Assembly (NCBI RefSeq): GCF_006345805.1
Contig: NC_043000.1
Coordinates: 65,782,001 to 65,846,000, forward strand
DNA length: 64,000 bases
Source: Octopus sinensis
Taxonomy: Eukaryota
Direction: 5' to 3'
Shown here: positions 50,452 through 64,000 of the stretch, in pieces
How positions within the stretch are numbered: the stretch's first letter is position 1
Layout of the letters: every line of letters begins with the position of its first letter
Position numbers and translations under genes: made by a program
The notes under the pieces: model-generated
What the model saw: only the letters and a program-made list of their open reading frames with translations
The model's database searches: none
What the model was told of the DNA's origin: nothing

Positions 50452-50913
50452 TTTATTATGTATGTATGTATGTATGTATGTATGTATGTTATGTATGTAT
50501 GTAATGTATGTATGTAAACACGTACGCATACATACGTACATACATACATCCATTCATACATACCACGTTTCAAATTAGTCTTAAAGCTTAGAATTCCAGT
50601 TAGTGTACTTTTGTCCTCCTTTTCCCCTCTCTTTCTCTCTCTCTCTATTTTTCTATATACATTACATACACGCGCGTGCTTATACCTATCTGTCTATCAG
50701 CCTATCTATCTGTCTATCAAGCTATCTATCTAGCTATCGGTCTGTCTGTCTGTCTATACCTACATATACGTGTGTGTATTTGCGTGTGCACATATGTGTG
50801 TGTGTATGTGCGTGTGTACCTAAATGTGTATATAAATATATATATTTATGTATATGTGTCTGTGTAAGTGTACCTATGTATATCATCTACCTGTCTGTAT
50901 CTATGTATGTCTG

Positions 50914-50978
<65 letters not shown>

Positions 50979-51130
50979 TATATATATATATATCATATAT
51001 ATATATATATATACATACATACATACATATATACATATATACATGACATACATACATATATATATACATATATATACATATATATACATATATATACATA
51101 TATATATACATATATATATATACATATATT

Positions 51131-51162
<32 letters not shown>

Positions 51163-51214
51163 TGTATATGTATATGTATGTTTTCGTCAATGCAAGCAGT
51201 TTTGCTAAAATATT

Positions 51215-51421
<207 letters not shown>

Positions 51422-51459
51422 CTGTGAATTTGTATATGTATCCATGTGTGCATATGTAT

Positions 51460-51503
<44 letters not shown>

Positions 51504-51813
51504 CACACTCAGGTACACTTAGACACACACTCACATACACACACATATATGCATACCACGCTCAGATACATTCACACACACACACACGTATATATGCGTG
51601 TAAATGTTAATATAAAGATATTGATATGGATTTATTTATGTATGCAAAAGAAAAGTGACGTATGTGAAATACTTATACATATATGACACGCAATAGCAGC
51701 TCTCTAACTGACACTGTATATTACTGTTCGGCGAAGAACTCACAAATAATGGCTATTCAAATCCTAATTTCAGTGTGTGCGTGTGTAAACAATTCATATA
51801 TCCATGCCTACAT

Positions 51814-51866
<53 letters not shown>

Positions 51867-51892
51867 ACCACACACACACCACGTAGATATGT

Positions 51893-51930
<38 letters not shown>

Positions 51931-52316
51931 GATATACGTACATATACATACATACATACATACATACGCACTCGAATACTTGCATAGAACATATGGTAAA
52001 GAATAGGAACCAATGCATTCTAAATGTTATAATATAGATTTTCAATATGGGAAGTCTAAATATTATTTATCTGTTGGACGTGGGAGTTAATACCATATAA
52101 TATTCTTTGACTGCGATTTCTTTTTTTTTTTAATCAGTATTCTGAATATATTTTCTCTACTACATACACTCAAGGCAAACATGTTAAGATAACATTAAGG
52201 AAGAGAAAGCACTCGGAACAAATAAACTCTACGCGAGCTCTATTCTATAAAATGTCATTTAGAATACAAACAAACATGAACGCAACAGATTTGACCTACA
52301 TAGACCAAACACGATA

Positions 52317-52361
<45 letters not shown>

Positions 52362-53844
52362 ACAATATGTTGGGAAAGATATATTCGTTTAAAATGTTGG
52401 GTATACCAGATATAATATTTAATAGATTAGGCGTTCGTACAGAAGGCGAGTAAGAAAGGGAAACGTTGTCAACAATAAGAATAGTCATCTGTATACTTTT
52501 CTATTATATTTTTATACCCTTAAAACCCAGTAAATGAGAGTGGAGTATGAAAACGAGTGCGTCAAATAAATCAGATTAAAGCTTCCATCTGACAATCATT
52601 TCTGATTTATAAGATGATTTGCATAACGAGAAAACGATAAATATTCATATTTCGTAGGCTCAGGAATGTACGTAATTTTTATTTGCCATTTTAAAAATAA
52701 ATTCGTAGATTAAAATAGCTTACAGTTTATAGCTGTATATAGTTTGTTTTTACTGCGATTTATTTATTTTCATTTTTATTTTTATAATTATATTTGTCAT
52801 TGAACATTTTCTCTTCCTGAATGGAAACTAAAGATTACGTTAAAAAAAAAACCTCGGTCTTGCTCTTTTCGTCATCCTTTGGACAACCATTCATCTTTTA
52901 AGATTTTAAGAATGTCTTGTAGATTTTTATTGTTCAAGATATCGTAATCAACAGTTGAGTCTAAATCGTAGAGTAACTTCATTTTATTAAGTGTATAAGT
53001 CCAACCATACTTTGTTTGATTCGTGCAGATTGGTAGATATCCATCCTTTTGTCTTACTGATAACGGGATATGAAGAAGAACGTTCAGTAGATATCTTCTT
53101 TTCCCTGTATTTTTCTGAACAAAAATTTATATCAAGTAGACAGATGACTTCAATAGCAAGGCATGTTTACATTTTGCGAGTGTCGGATAACAATATCAGT
53201 TCAGTTTAACTTTTAATTTGGTTGCTCTTTTTATGTGTAGTTTCCACCAATATTCGTTTCATCCATCGCTCTCAACGTGTTCATTTTTATTGGTCGTTAT
53301 TTTCATATGTATATGTGCGTGCGTATACATGTATGTATGTATGTTTGTATGTATGTATGTATGTATGTATGTTATGTATGTATGTATGTATGTATGTATG
53401 TATGTATGTATGTATGTATGTATGTTTACTTATTCCATATGTTCAGTTTTTCTTAATATTGTCTTAATCCTCAATGTAAAGAGTATCTTGATCTCCAACT
53501 TCAACACAAAACTCAGAAAGTAAATTTTCATTGCAGCAGGAGAATATATATATATTTTTTCCGAATGTGCCATCTTTACTTGCTCTATAGTCAAATTTCT
53601 CGATGATGTTAGATTTTGATGCTGCGGATGGTTTCGCCGTCATTTGGATTCAGAAAACGATGAATGTCCTTCTCCAGTTAACCAAGAAAGGAAGTTGCAG
53701 TTTTCCAAGCACTGCCTGCGACATGCACAGTCACCAAACTGCCATGTTATCATCTAGGAACTGAACAATGGGCGAATGAACTATAGGAACTCTTACAAAC
53801 ATAGTTAAGGTTCTGATGAAGGTCAATAGTTCTGTTATTACAGT

Positions 53845-54110
53845 TCGATTCCTGGACCGGGTTGTGTGTTGTGCTATTGAGCAAGACACTTTATTTCACA
53901 TTGCTCCTGTTCACTCATCTGTAGAAATGTGTTGCGACGCCACTGATGCCAAACTGTATCGGCTTTTGCTCTTTCCTTGGATAACAGCGGTGGCGTGTAT
54001 GCATGGGCGACTGCTGGTCTTCTATAAACAACCTTGCCTGGACTTGTACCCCGGAGGGGAACTTTCTAGGTGCAATCCCGTGGTCATCCATGACCGAAGG
54101 GGATTTTTAC
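53845..54110 (+). mobile_element. tRNA-derived SINE with a conserved central-domain-like segment
   Basis: B box gttcgattcc, then ttgagcaagacactttatttcac..ttgctcc; superfamily (Meta/Deu/CORE) not resolvable by eye. Confidence 0.6.
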
Positions 54111-54546
54111 TCATTACAAATGAGCTTAGGACACTGAAGAGAGAACATGATATGTGGAGCGTCTGCCATTGCTCCTGATACAGGTGCTAGTTAACACAAA
54201 TACATTGCAAAAGTCTTAAGCTTGCGTGCCGTTTTTGGACTAACCCTCCATCAGGATGAGAAGAAAAAATAGATTTCAGCTGAGAAATGAAGAGTTGAAT
54301 TTTTACGTTATATATCTCTCCACTGAAAGTTCAATCCCGAATGTCACAGTTTCTTCTCCATTTAAGTATGTATGTATGTATGTATGTATGTATGTATGTA
54401 TGTATGTATGTATGTATGTATGTATGTATGTATGTATGTAGGTAGGTAGGTAGGTAGGTAGGTAGGTAGGTAGGTAGGTAGGTAGGTAGGTAGGTAGGTA
54501 GGTAGGTAGGTAGGTGTTATCAAGAATTGTTAAAACGTGCTGTACA

Positions 54547-54596
<50 letters not shown>

Positions 54597-54672
54597 CGTA
54601 CATACATACATATGCACATACGTACGTATGTGTAGATTATGTATGTATGTATGTATTACATATTGTATATTA

Positions 54673-55394
54673 CGAGATGCATTCAAAATATTTTGAGACT
54701 TTTTTAGGAGAGGAAGTCCTAAAACTGTCCTAAATTATTGTAATTTTAGTGTATCATTGCTACGCATCTAATAAGCTGACCTGCCAACTTTATTATTCCA
54801 AATTGAAGGAAGCTGTAACAGTATTTTGAACACACCTTACTAAACACTGATTGTCACAGATGTCTAGTTTGCAGAATGCGGTTGGGACATTTGGAAGCTT
54901 GCTATGCAATAAAGTTTTGTGTTGAAGAGAGATACCAGAACATCAGAGCTGGTTGTGAAAATTCGCAATTTTATTGATAAAGACCGTCGTGTTTTTTTCT
55001 AAACACACGACATAAAATCATTCAGTTTGGAGTTAATGTGACAACTATACACTGAATTATTTACGAAGATCTGAACATGTGCAAAAGTTGTGCAAAGTTA
55101 CTTTCTCAAGGGGCTCAGTGACGAGCATTCTGGTAACGAACTACTTGACAGAGGTGGGCATTAAAACTGTTTTTTGGTTGTTCCTCAAGCTGAAGAACTT
55201 CAGAGGCAGTTGTTTTGAAGATAAAGGACAAGAGTCCTGGACACCTTCACCGTGGAGAACTTCCATGGAGCCTTGACTACATGGCTGGAGAGCTACATGT
55301 CGGAGGATTCTACTTCAAAGGAGATAAGAGTTTTTGTTCTTTGAAATTAATGTCTTTCCTGAAAAAGTCTGAAAATTTTGGAATGCACATTGTG
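54673..55394 (+). mobile_element. Internally deleted mariner
   Basis: Degenerate TIRs (gcattc.aaa..ttt.agacttttt); YAIKFCV, IIYEDLNMCKSCAK, FLKLKNFRG peptides. Confidence 0.6.
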
Positions 55395-55408
55395 TATGTA
55401 TATATGTA

Positions 55409-55721
55409 TATCACCGTGATAACCGTGACCGACCAGGCTATCAGATGTTGCTACACATCGCTGGTCACAATGCGCTTCGCATTGTTTTAGCCTTCAAATG
55501 ACGCCACCTCACTGGCTAAGCGAGCAGGCCAACAGAAGAAAGAGTGAGAGAAAGTTGTGGCGAAAGAGTACAGCAGGGATCGCCCCACCCACTGCCAGAG
55601 CCTCGTAGAGCTTTAGGTGTTTTCGCTCAATAAACACTCACAACGCCCGGTCGGGAAATCGAAACCGCGATCCTACAACCGCGAGTCCGCTGCCCTAACC
55701 ACTAGGCCATTGCGCCTCCAC
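55409..55721 (-). mobile_element. tRNA(Arg)-derived SINE (OR-type)
   Basis: Minus head ggaggcgcaatggcctagtggttagggcagcggacTCGcgg..ggtttcgatttc with A and B boxes and TCG anticodon; short repeat tail. Confidence 0.85.
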
Positions 55722-55749
55722 CATATATGTATATAATATTTTATAAATA

Positions 55750-57064
55750 TTGGGTAATCTGGAAAGTTCTAGGTGTCTTCTTTGAAGGATGGGGAAATAT
55801 ATTACGAATTTATTTGCATTACAGTATTTTTTATTCATCAATGTACCTTCATTTTTTGTTTATGACTTTAGTTCATCTATTAGGCAGCTTCAAAATTTCA
55901 TCTGCGTAGAACTGGGCAGTCTGGGACAAAAGAAATTATCCAGAGGGGTTTTTGACTGCATCTAAATCATTAAATGATTTCCTGTTCTAAGGAATTTTGC
56001 AGAGACTAAAATAAATGAGTCACATGATACAATGTCGAGAAGCACCCAAGCTCATGCGTAAACACTTGAGTTCTGACATTGTCTTTTTGTGAAACAACCC
56101 CTTTCCTGCTGGCTAGTTCTAGCCTCATCTTGTGAATTATTTTATTCAGTTTCTCCAGCTAGCGCGAGTATACAACAGAATTGATGATCTGAGTGTGTAG
56201 CCCGTAATAAATAATGCCTTTGAAATCCCACCAGAAACAAAGCATAACTCTTTTTGCATGACTAGCTGTTTTAGTGGAATCTCACAGAAAATCTTTAAGA
56301 CCGTTTCCGCAATATGTTATCGTAAATGATACAATTGTTATCTCCAGTCACCAATCGCTTTTAAAAGGTTCGGTTACATTGTGTTTTAGATCACCAATAG
56401 AATGCGGTCCAAACAATTTTTCTCTGACAAGTTGTGAGGGACCCAGGCATCCGAGAGGAAAATGTACTCCAGTTTCTTTAAGAGCTCATGAACAGTATTT
56501 TGAAGAACTTCCAACTTAGCTGGAAGCTCCCTAGTCGTGCGTTTTTTTTTTTTTTGGCGGGGGAGAGGGGCTGATCTTCAAAAGACCGTCGTCCAACACT
56601 ATAGTGTTTTTGCTTGTTTGTTTGTTTTTCTTTTAGTGAAGGAGGGGCGACTTGCATCTTCTAAACTCACATAGACCATCTCAGTTTTTCAAAACATTTA
56701 TGGACGATTAATTCACCTACAACGACTTATATTTAACAACGACATATATTTAACATATATTTAACAAATATTTAACATATATTTAACATATATTTAACAA
56801 ATAGTTTTTCACGTTTCTGCAGTGTTTTCGCCCATTTTTTAAAAGGAGAACAGCATTAAGTGCCGAAAATACAAATTTTCAGTGTTGACCTTAGGGCTGA
56901 CAAAAGTAGAAGATACACGGATTTTTTTTAAATGAGAACGTAACCGTAAAGTTACCTTGCATCAAGTGATGCTAACATATCGGTCGTAACAATTTTACGG
57001 CTGTTATATGAAACGTTTAAAGACACAACTGTCGAAAACGCTTACAACTTCCCGGACGACCTAA
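55750..57064 (-). mobile_element. mariner transposon (mellifera/mauritiana-like), full length, heavily degraded
   Basis: TIRs ttgggtaatctggaaagttc / caacttcccggacgacctaa; TA duplication; minus-strand HAKRVMLCFWWDFKGIIYY and LASRKG..DN; internal atatttaac tandem repeat near 56730-56800. Confidence 0.8.
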
Positions 57065-57078
57065 TATATGAATATTAC

Positions 57079-57152
<74 letters not shown>

Positions 57153-57334
57153 CATATATATGTGTGTGTGTCTATATGCATATATGTGTGTGTATGTGTG
57201 TGTATATATATGCATACAAACGTACGTACGTGCATACACGCATACATACATACATATATACATACATACATGCATACATACATACATACATACATACATA
57301 CATACATACATACATACATACATACATACATACA

Positions 57335-57666
57335 TACACACTCTCTCTCTCACACACACTCTCTCTCACACACACACTCTCTCTCTCTCTCATACACATA
57401 CACACAACTGGTTCAAAGCTTTTCTAGATCATTCCCCATTTCCGGATTTCCGGTATCAGCTGAAATAGTACTTCCTTTAGAGACTTTCAATATCATTTAG
57501 GGTAGCTACTACGAGTGTGTATCTGTGTATGTGAATGTGTGGGCGTGTGTGCGTGCGTGCGTGTGTGTGTGCGTGTAAGTATGTGCGTATGTATGTATTA
57601 TGCACTTACGTTTTTATATACATATATTCATAAATATAATACATATATATATATACATATATATAA

Positions 57667-57706
<40 letters not shown>

Positions 57707-58111
57707 GTACATACATACCTACATATATATATATACGTACATACGTACATACATACATACTACATACATACATACATAATACACACTCTCTCTCTCACAC
57801 ACACTCTCTCTCACACACACACTCTCTCTCTCTCTCATACACATACACACAACTGGTTCAAAGCTTTTCTAGATCATTCCCCATTTCCGGATTTCCGGTA
57901 TCAGCTGAAATAGTACTTCCTTTAGAGACTTTCAATATCATTTAGGGTAGCTACTACGAGTGTGTATCTGTGTATGTGAATGTGTGGGCGTGTGTGCGTG
58001 CGTGCGTGTGTGTGTGCGTGTAAGTATGTGCGTATGTATGTATTATGCACTTACGTTTTTATATACATATATTCATAAATATAATACATATATATATATA
58101 CATATATATAA

Positions 58112-58155
<44 letters not shown>

Positions 58156-58199
58156 GTACATACATACCTACATATATATATATATACGTACATACGTAC

Positions 58200-58214
<15 letters not shown>
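57335..58214. repeat. Near-identical 445-bp tandem duplication
   Basis: Same unique core (ctggttcaaagcttttctagatcattcc..ctactacgag) at offset 445. Confidence 0.9.
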
Positions 58215-58294
<80 letters not shown>

Positions 58295-58985
58295 TACATA
58301 CATATATATATACAGACGAACATGCACACACATGTATGTGTGTGGTATTTCGGCGCTGCTTCAAATACATTTTCTTACTAAACGTCTGATACAACTTTTC
58401 AAGCCAAGGGGCATGCATAGTAAAATATATGATTTTGACTTCGAAATATAAGCACTTTTACCCATTTGTGATAATTTATCATGAGACATATAAAAACCTC
58501 TGAAAGTTCCAATTTAAGAGACATTAGTCCCATAACATTAACTCTTACTTTTCTGGAGAAAACAATTTCCGATTTCTCTTTTTTTTCTCTCTTTTCTTTT
58601 TCTTCAAATGTTATTTGAAATTTTAGAAGTATAGATGCGTATTTCCTCGAAGAATGAAATTCAGTGTCATTACCCGCTGTGCTAGTTTCCTTCACAAAAT
58701 TGTTGTTATTATTGTTATTGTTTTTCGAGTTTTATACCACTGCGATCTTTCAGGAACGCAATTTTTCGGTATTTCAGATTGATTTTGTATGCAAAGGGAT
58801 TCGTTTTTCACACATCATTGATTATTCTCTGTATATCGCTGTGTTGGAGTGATGTCACTTTCCTTTTATCATTATCACTGTATTGTCATTGGCTAATTAA
58901 TCGTTTGTTTCGTCTCTGTAGGCCCTGTTTCTTTTGATTATTCTTCCTTTCCAAATGGTTAATTCGTTGAGGGTGCTATTTGTTG

Positions 58986-59017
<32 letters not shown>

Positions 59018-59019
59018 GG

Positions 59020-62000
59020 TGGTGTTATGAGGAAGATTCAAAGATAGGAAATCAGAAAGAATAAATTATGAACATTTGTATCTAAGTCTCGTCCTAAAGG
59101 TCGGAATAGTAAAAAAAAATATAAAATAATCGATCTCTTTATGGACAGAAAATAATTTCTGAAGATAAAACTCGTTGATAAAATAACAACAACGATAGAA
59201 AAACGCAAACCTGGCCACCACTGAATGAATGATAACGAATTTAGTGCTTCAGCCATTACACTAGATTAGACGTAATATATGTTGCAGCCACTGTAGTTAT
59301 GGAGGAAGTGAGTATCTCTCAGGTCTACTCATGTAGGCATATCAAAACCCAATCAAGCAACATCGAAAACAAAGATACATTAAAAGATAGATAACAAGAG
59401 AAATTACATAACTGAAAAGCACAAATTGGAGAGATAAATACTACAAAAGCAGGAGTGCCCTATGACAAATAACGTCTGGAAGAAGAGATCGTCGCTAAAT
59501 CGCGAGAAATACGTTGGTAGGCAACATAAAATACGATAGTAATAAATGCTGCATCAGCTACTACAGGAAAAAAATTCTAGTTAGTATAGTAGGCAGCGAA
59601 CGAACCAGCGCAGACGAGATTGATCAAAACAATAAACACATCTGTACAATCGTAGGAAACCATAACACAAAAAGTAATACAGACACCGTTAAAAGAAAAA
59701 AGGTAAGTATCAGAGCACGAGTAATATCCAGAATTCATTTTTAAAATATTTAACAGGCGCATATAATGTACGAGCATAGATTTTTAATCTCTGACGAAGC
59801 CGGAGATCAAGCGTAACTGGTTTTGTGAGAGTATAACCCATATTAATCCTCAAGACTAAAGACTCAATGTACTCTAGAAACTAAAGATCTATAACCTACC
59901 TATCAACTATCTACAGTAATATCACCGAGAATAAACATCTGAAAGAAACAACCTTTTTCTCATAAGATCAGAAGGGTTAGTGTAAGTGGTCATAGATAAA
60001 TTGCTGATCAACAAAGCCTTAACCAGGGGCTGTAGAGAGAGATAGAAAGTTTCCCATGGATTGACAACCAAAAGGCTTTGGACAGTATAGCTATGAGTAA
60101 AGTGATATCATTAAACTCGCCTTGAGTAAATACTAACAATTCTGTAGATAGAAACAAAAGAGAAAATTATATAAATAGAGGTTAAACCTCTATTAGAAGA
60201 TGAATATTCCAAAGGAAATCTTTCTTTCTACGTCTTTTTTGCTGGCACTAACATCTTTAGCCAATAAACTAAACAGGACTAAACTTGGATACAAATACTA
60301 TGGAAAGAGAATCGATTGTCTTTTTTATATGGATGACTTAAAGTTTTATGTTGAGGATGATAAAGAACTAAAAACAGTGCTGCTAACAGTGCATAAATAT
60401 ACTAAGGGAATTGATTTAATAATCAGATTAGAAAATTTAGAATTTTAATAACACTAATTACAGACTTATAAAGAGTTACTTAGATTTAGACTCAGGGCTT
60501 CCAGTGCATAAGCTAGCAAGCTTCCTCCAGCGTAGTCGATCTTCCATATTTTTCTTCACTCCTGTCAGCTTACATTTTAATGTCTCACATCAGGTGTTCT
60601 TAGATATTTCCATTCTCATTTTTCTTCATCTCGTGTCCGCAACATTGCAATCTTTGCTTGCTGAATGGTTGGCAGTCGCAAAATATGACAGTATAACTCA
60701 CATAAAGGAAAGAAAAGGTTATAAAGTAATGTTAATACTTAAAGGAGCTAAATGCATAAAATAAGATAATATATTTAATACTTTAACTATAGCTGTAATA
60801 AACTATTAGTTTAGTGTTCTCAACTAGGTGTTAAACGAAGTTAACAAGATTAGACAGAAAATAAGGAAGCTAATGACTGCATTTAAAATACGCCTCCCAC
60901 CACAGAGCTGATATAGAAGTATTATAGTTACCACGAATATTTGGGAGTAGGAACCTTGTGCAACTGAAAAGCTATTATAAAATATCGCATGTTGGACTAC
61001 AAAAATAGAAGAAAAGAATGAGAAACTAATACAAAGCACAAACAAAACAAAGCCTGTTTTATGTCTGCAAGAAATTTAACAAATATAAAAGAAATAAAGG
61101 CTGAAGAAGAGACTGGTACATACAGCTAAAGACTAAGCTGAAAACGAGGTTATAGAATGCCATACTAATATAAAGGCAAGAAAAATCTATCACCAATACC
61201 TGAAAGACAAAATTAAATAACTGGGTAAAGTAGCACTAAAGAAAAATCACAACTCCGCCTGAGAAGTGCTGGACTCCCAGCTGAGATGGTCAGATTCTTG
61301 ATCGCAGCACAGGATCAAAGCGAATACTTATAACTGTATAGAAAAACTTCTGACTTATAACCATATAGACTTGCGACTATATAGAGAAACACGTAATGAA
61401 GCAAAATAAAAGAAATAACAGTAAAATATTTGGGGTTTGAGAAGGCACAATTAACCACATTATCTAAGTTTACCCATTGTTAGCCATGAAAGAAATACAT
61501 TTTCAGGCATGACAGAGTTCGGGCATATATACACAAGAAAGTATGCCAGCATTATGAAATAGCAACAGAAAAACAGTGGTATAAACATACATCTGAGAAG
61601 GCTTCAGGAAATAACAAAGCGATCATATTCTGTCGTATGCCAATCTACATACAGAGGGAGATTAAGATTAATTGCTGTCGCAGACTTCCTGGAACGGAAA
61701 TGTCTCTTAGTCGAAATATCAGTCCCAACAGTCGATAACGTATTTCTAAAGAAAATATATAGGAATTATCCAAATATAACGATTTAGAAGTAACGATAAG
61801 CAGATTATAGAAATTGAAAACACGAACTATCTCTATAATAATAGGGTGCTTTTGGAATTTATTTTAAAAATACAGATGAATATGGTTAGCACACAGAAAA
61901 TAGCTCAGCTAAGTACTCTATATGTATTACATAGAATACTGTGAATGCAGTAGATGATACAAAACAGCGTCAAAACACTGCACATGCCCAAGGCACACAG

Positions 62001-62055
62001 AACTGTGTTCTTCAGTACAATGAAGGCACACAATACAAATAAGATTGCTCAATAA
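59020..62055 (+). mobile_element. R4/Dong-like LINE, heavily degraded, copy 2
   Basis: DKLLINKAL, WIDNQKALDSI, LFYMDDLKFY, FLIAAQDQS, RHDRVRAYIHKKVCQHY; ends in AAT/AAC repeats. Confidence 0.8.
60485..60680 (-). mobile_element. RTE-like LINE 3' fragment nested in the Dong-like copy
   Basis: Minus strand ..LTGVKKNMEDRLRWRKLASLCTGSPE resembles the RTE C-terminal DRxxWR motif. Confidence 0.5.
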
Positions 62056-62070
62056 TAATATCAACAACAA

Positions 62071-62147
<77 letters not shown>

Positions 62148-62194
62148 TTTTGTAACACAGTGTAGGTAAAAATGCACCGGAGTCTTTAGTCACC

Positions 62195-62510
62195 TGTCAA
62201 GTCACAAGGAAATCAGACAAATAATACTTTCCTGCTCGGCTGATGGCACTTCTGTGCCTTTAAAATTTATCTCGAACAGGCAAAGCTTCCCGGCAGCACT
62301 GCCAGGCCAGAGATTTTTTGAAATTATCCCTTGGTCCTGGGCCGAAAGTTGTCCGGAAAAGAGCGGTCAGTTGATCTTGTTCGACGTCTAAGGTCTCCCC
62401 AAGAACGTCGTCGCACTTTTCCTCCATTAATCCTCTATAAAAAGCTAAAGTGAACGTTCCACCTATTGCAGTGTCCGATTGGCTGTGAGCGCTTGAAGAC
62501 ATTCTACTTT
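62195..62510 (-). mobile_element. L1/Tx1-like LINE fragment
   Basis: FKKSLAWQCCREALPVRDKF*RH resembles the zf-RVT region. Confidence 0.55.
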
Positions 62511-62636
62511 CCAAATGTTCCCCATGGTCTCTAATTTTATAATAGAAGCAAAAAAAAAAAAAAGAAGAGTGCCATTGTTATCAAGTGAACGATATTTCGG
62601 CAACTAGTGTGCCTTCCAATAATAATAATAAGGATA

Positions 62637-62710
<74 letters not shown>

Positions 62711-62740
62711 GGTGATGATGATGATGATGATGATGATGAT

Positions 62741-63885
62741 AATTAGACCAAAGCTAGACAGACAACTACTTAGGAACCAATGAACTAGAAACTTTAAAAC
62801 ATATACAAATGAAAGAGAAGATGAGGAAGGAACTCTACACATGAGTTAGATTGATACTTAAGACAACTCAATGCGGAAAACAAGATAATAGGTATCAACA
62901 CTCTAGCCGTCCCAGTTATAAATTACTACTTCAATAGTCTTAATTGGACTCTAAATGAACTGACCAAACTAGACAGGAAAACAAGAAAAATAATGACAAA
63001 ATCTAGGATGCACCACCCAAAATCTGACCGAATTAAAGGTGGTAGAGGCCTTATAGAACTAGAAAACTATTATAACATAACCACCATAGGACTACAGAAA
63101 TATCCAATTCAGAAACAAAGAAAACTAGTATAAATAGCCACAAAACACAAGCACAACAAAACCTTTTCTGTCTTTAAGGAAGCTGAAAATTACAAGAAAC
63201 AAGTCTTAGTACCTGACAACAATGAAGAAAACAAGGGAACAACGAAAGCTGTAAAACAACTGAAATCCAAACTAAAACTAGAACAACAAAGTATCATGAT
63301 AAAATGATGGCAACAAAAGCACTTACACAGTAAATGTTGGGATAAGCTAAACATTATGGAATGACAACAGAAAAAAGATGGTATAGGCACACACCGGAAA
63401 AGGTCTCAGAAAATGACAAAGCAACCATACTCTGAGATATGCCAATACATACAGAAAGAGGAATCGAGACTAATAGACCGGATATAGTTGTCAGAGATCA
63501 CCAAGAAAAAAATGCCTTCTAATCGATGTATCAACACCAACAGATGAGAATGTACCTCTAACAGAAACGGAGAAACTCAAAATACAAATATCTGGAAATA
63601 GAGGTACCCCGAATGTGGAGCCTAAAAACAGAAACAATTCCTATAGGTGCATTAGGTATGATTAAAAAACATTCAGACAAATACATAACCAAAACTCCAG
63701 AACTTATGAATGTATATAACATACAAAAATAGCCCTACTAAACACTGTGCACATCCTACGTAAAGCACTTTCAATACAGTGAAAATAAGAGCACTACAAC
63801 AAGCCACAGCACATACCCAAGGCACACAAAGCTGCGCTCGGTAGTGCAGTGAAAGCATGCTATAAAAATAATACAACTGAACAAT
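62741..63885 (+). mobile_element. R4/Dong-like LINE, 5'-truncated, copy 3
   Basis: NKIIGINTLAVPVINY, KLDRKTRKIMTKSRMHHPKSD..GGRGLI; 3' UTR shares cccaaggcacaca with copy 2; (GAT)n 5' flank and (AAT)n tail. Confidence 0.85.
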
Positions 63886-63926
63886 AATAATAATAACAAT
63901 AATAATAATAGCAACTGCTGCTGCTG

Positions 63927-63988
<62 letters not shown>

Positions 63989-64000
63989 ACTACTACTACT

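Noticed and set aside
55650-55721. tRNA-Arg gene
   Set aside because: Acceptor stem does not close and it continues into a SINE body; it is a SINE head.
59790-59825. CTGACGA-AGC..GC-GTAAC
   Set aside because: GAAA is mutated, no stem I, and it lies inside a degraded LINE.

Overview
AT-rich, microsatellite-saturated animal DNA, most likely octopus (inferred from recognisable octopus-type SINE families and the (TATG)n/(CA)n/(AAT)n load). I find no intact host gene, rRNA, tRNA or CRISPR array. Most predicted ORFs are translations of microsatellites and the rest are transposon fragments; there is only one weak exon candidate (15597-15688). The window is mostly transposon relics: three near-full-length mariners plus two partial ones, Tc1/maT and pogo/Tigger fragments, several R4/Dong-like RLE LINEs sitting in microsatellites, RTE, L1/Tx1, Gypsy and Penelope fragments, several SINE families and MITEs. 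The best signal is non-coding. A ~600-bp unit is repeated 2.4 times between (TA)n tracts (5171-6609), and each full unit carries a canonical type I hammerhead ribozyme (CUGAAGA, GAAA, GUC, palindromic stem III ACGUACGU). Cleavage at both would release a 601-nt monomer, i.e. a retrozyme-like or Penelope-pLTR-derived element. A second, unrelated ~230-bp foldback element (39503-39734) has hammerhead core motifs in both arms, in opposite polarity. All structures were folded by eye; activity is untested.
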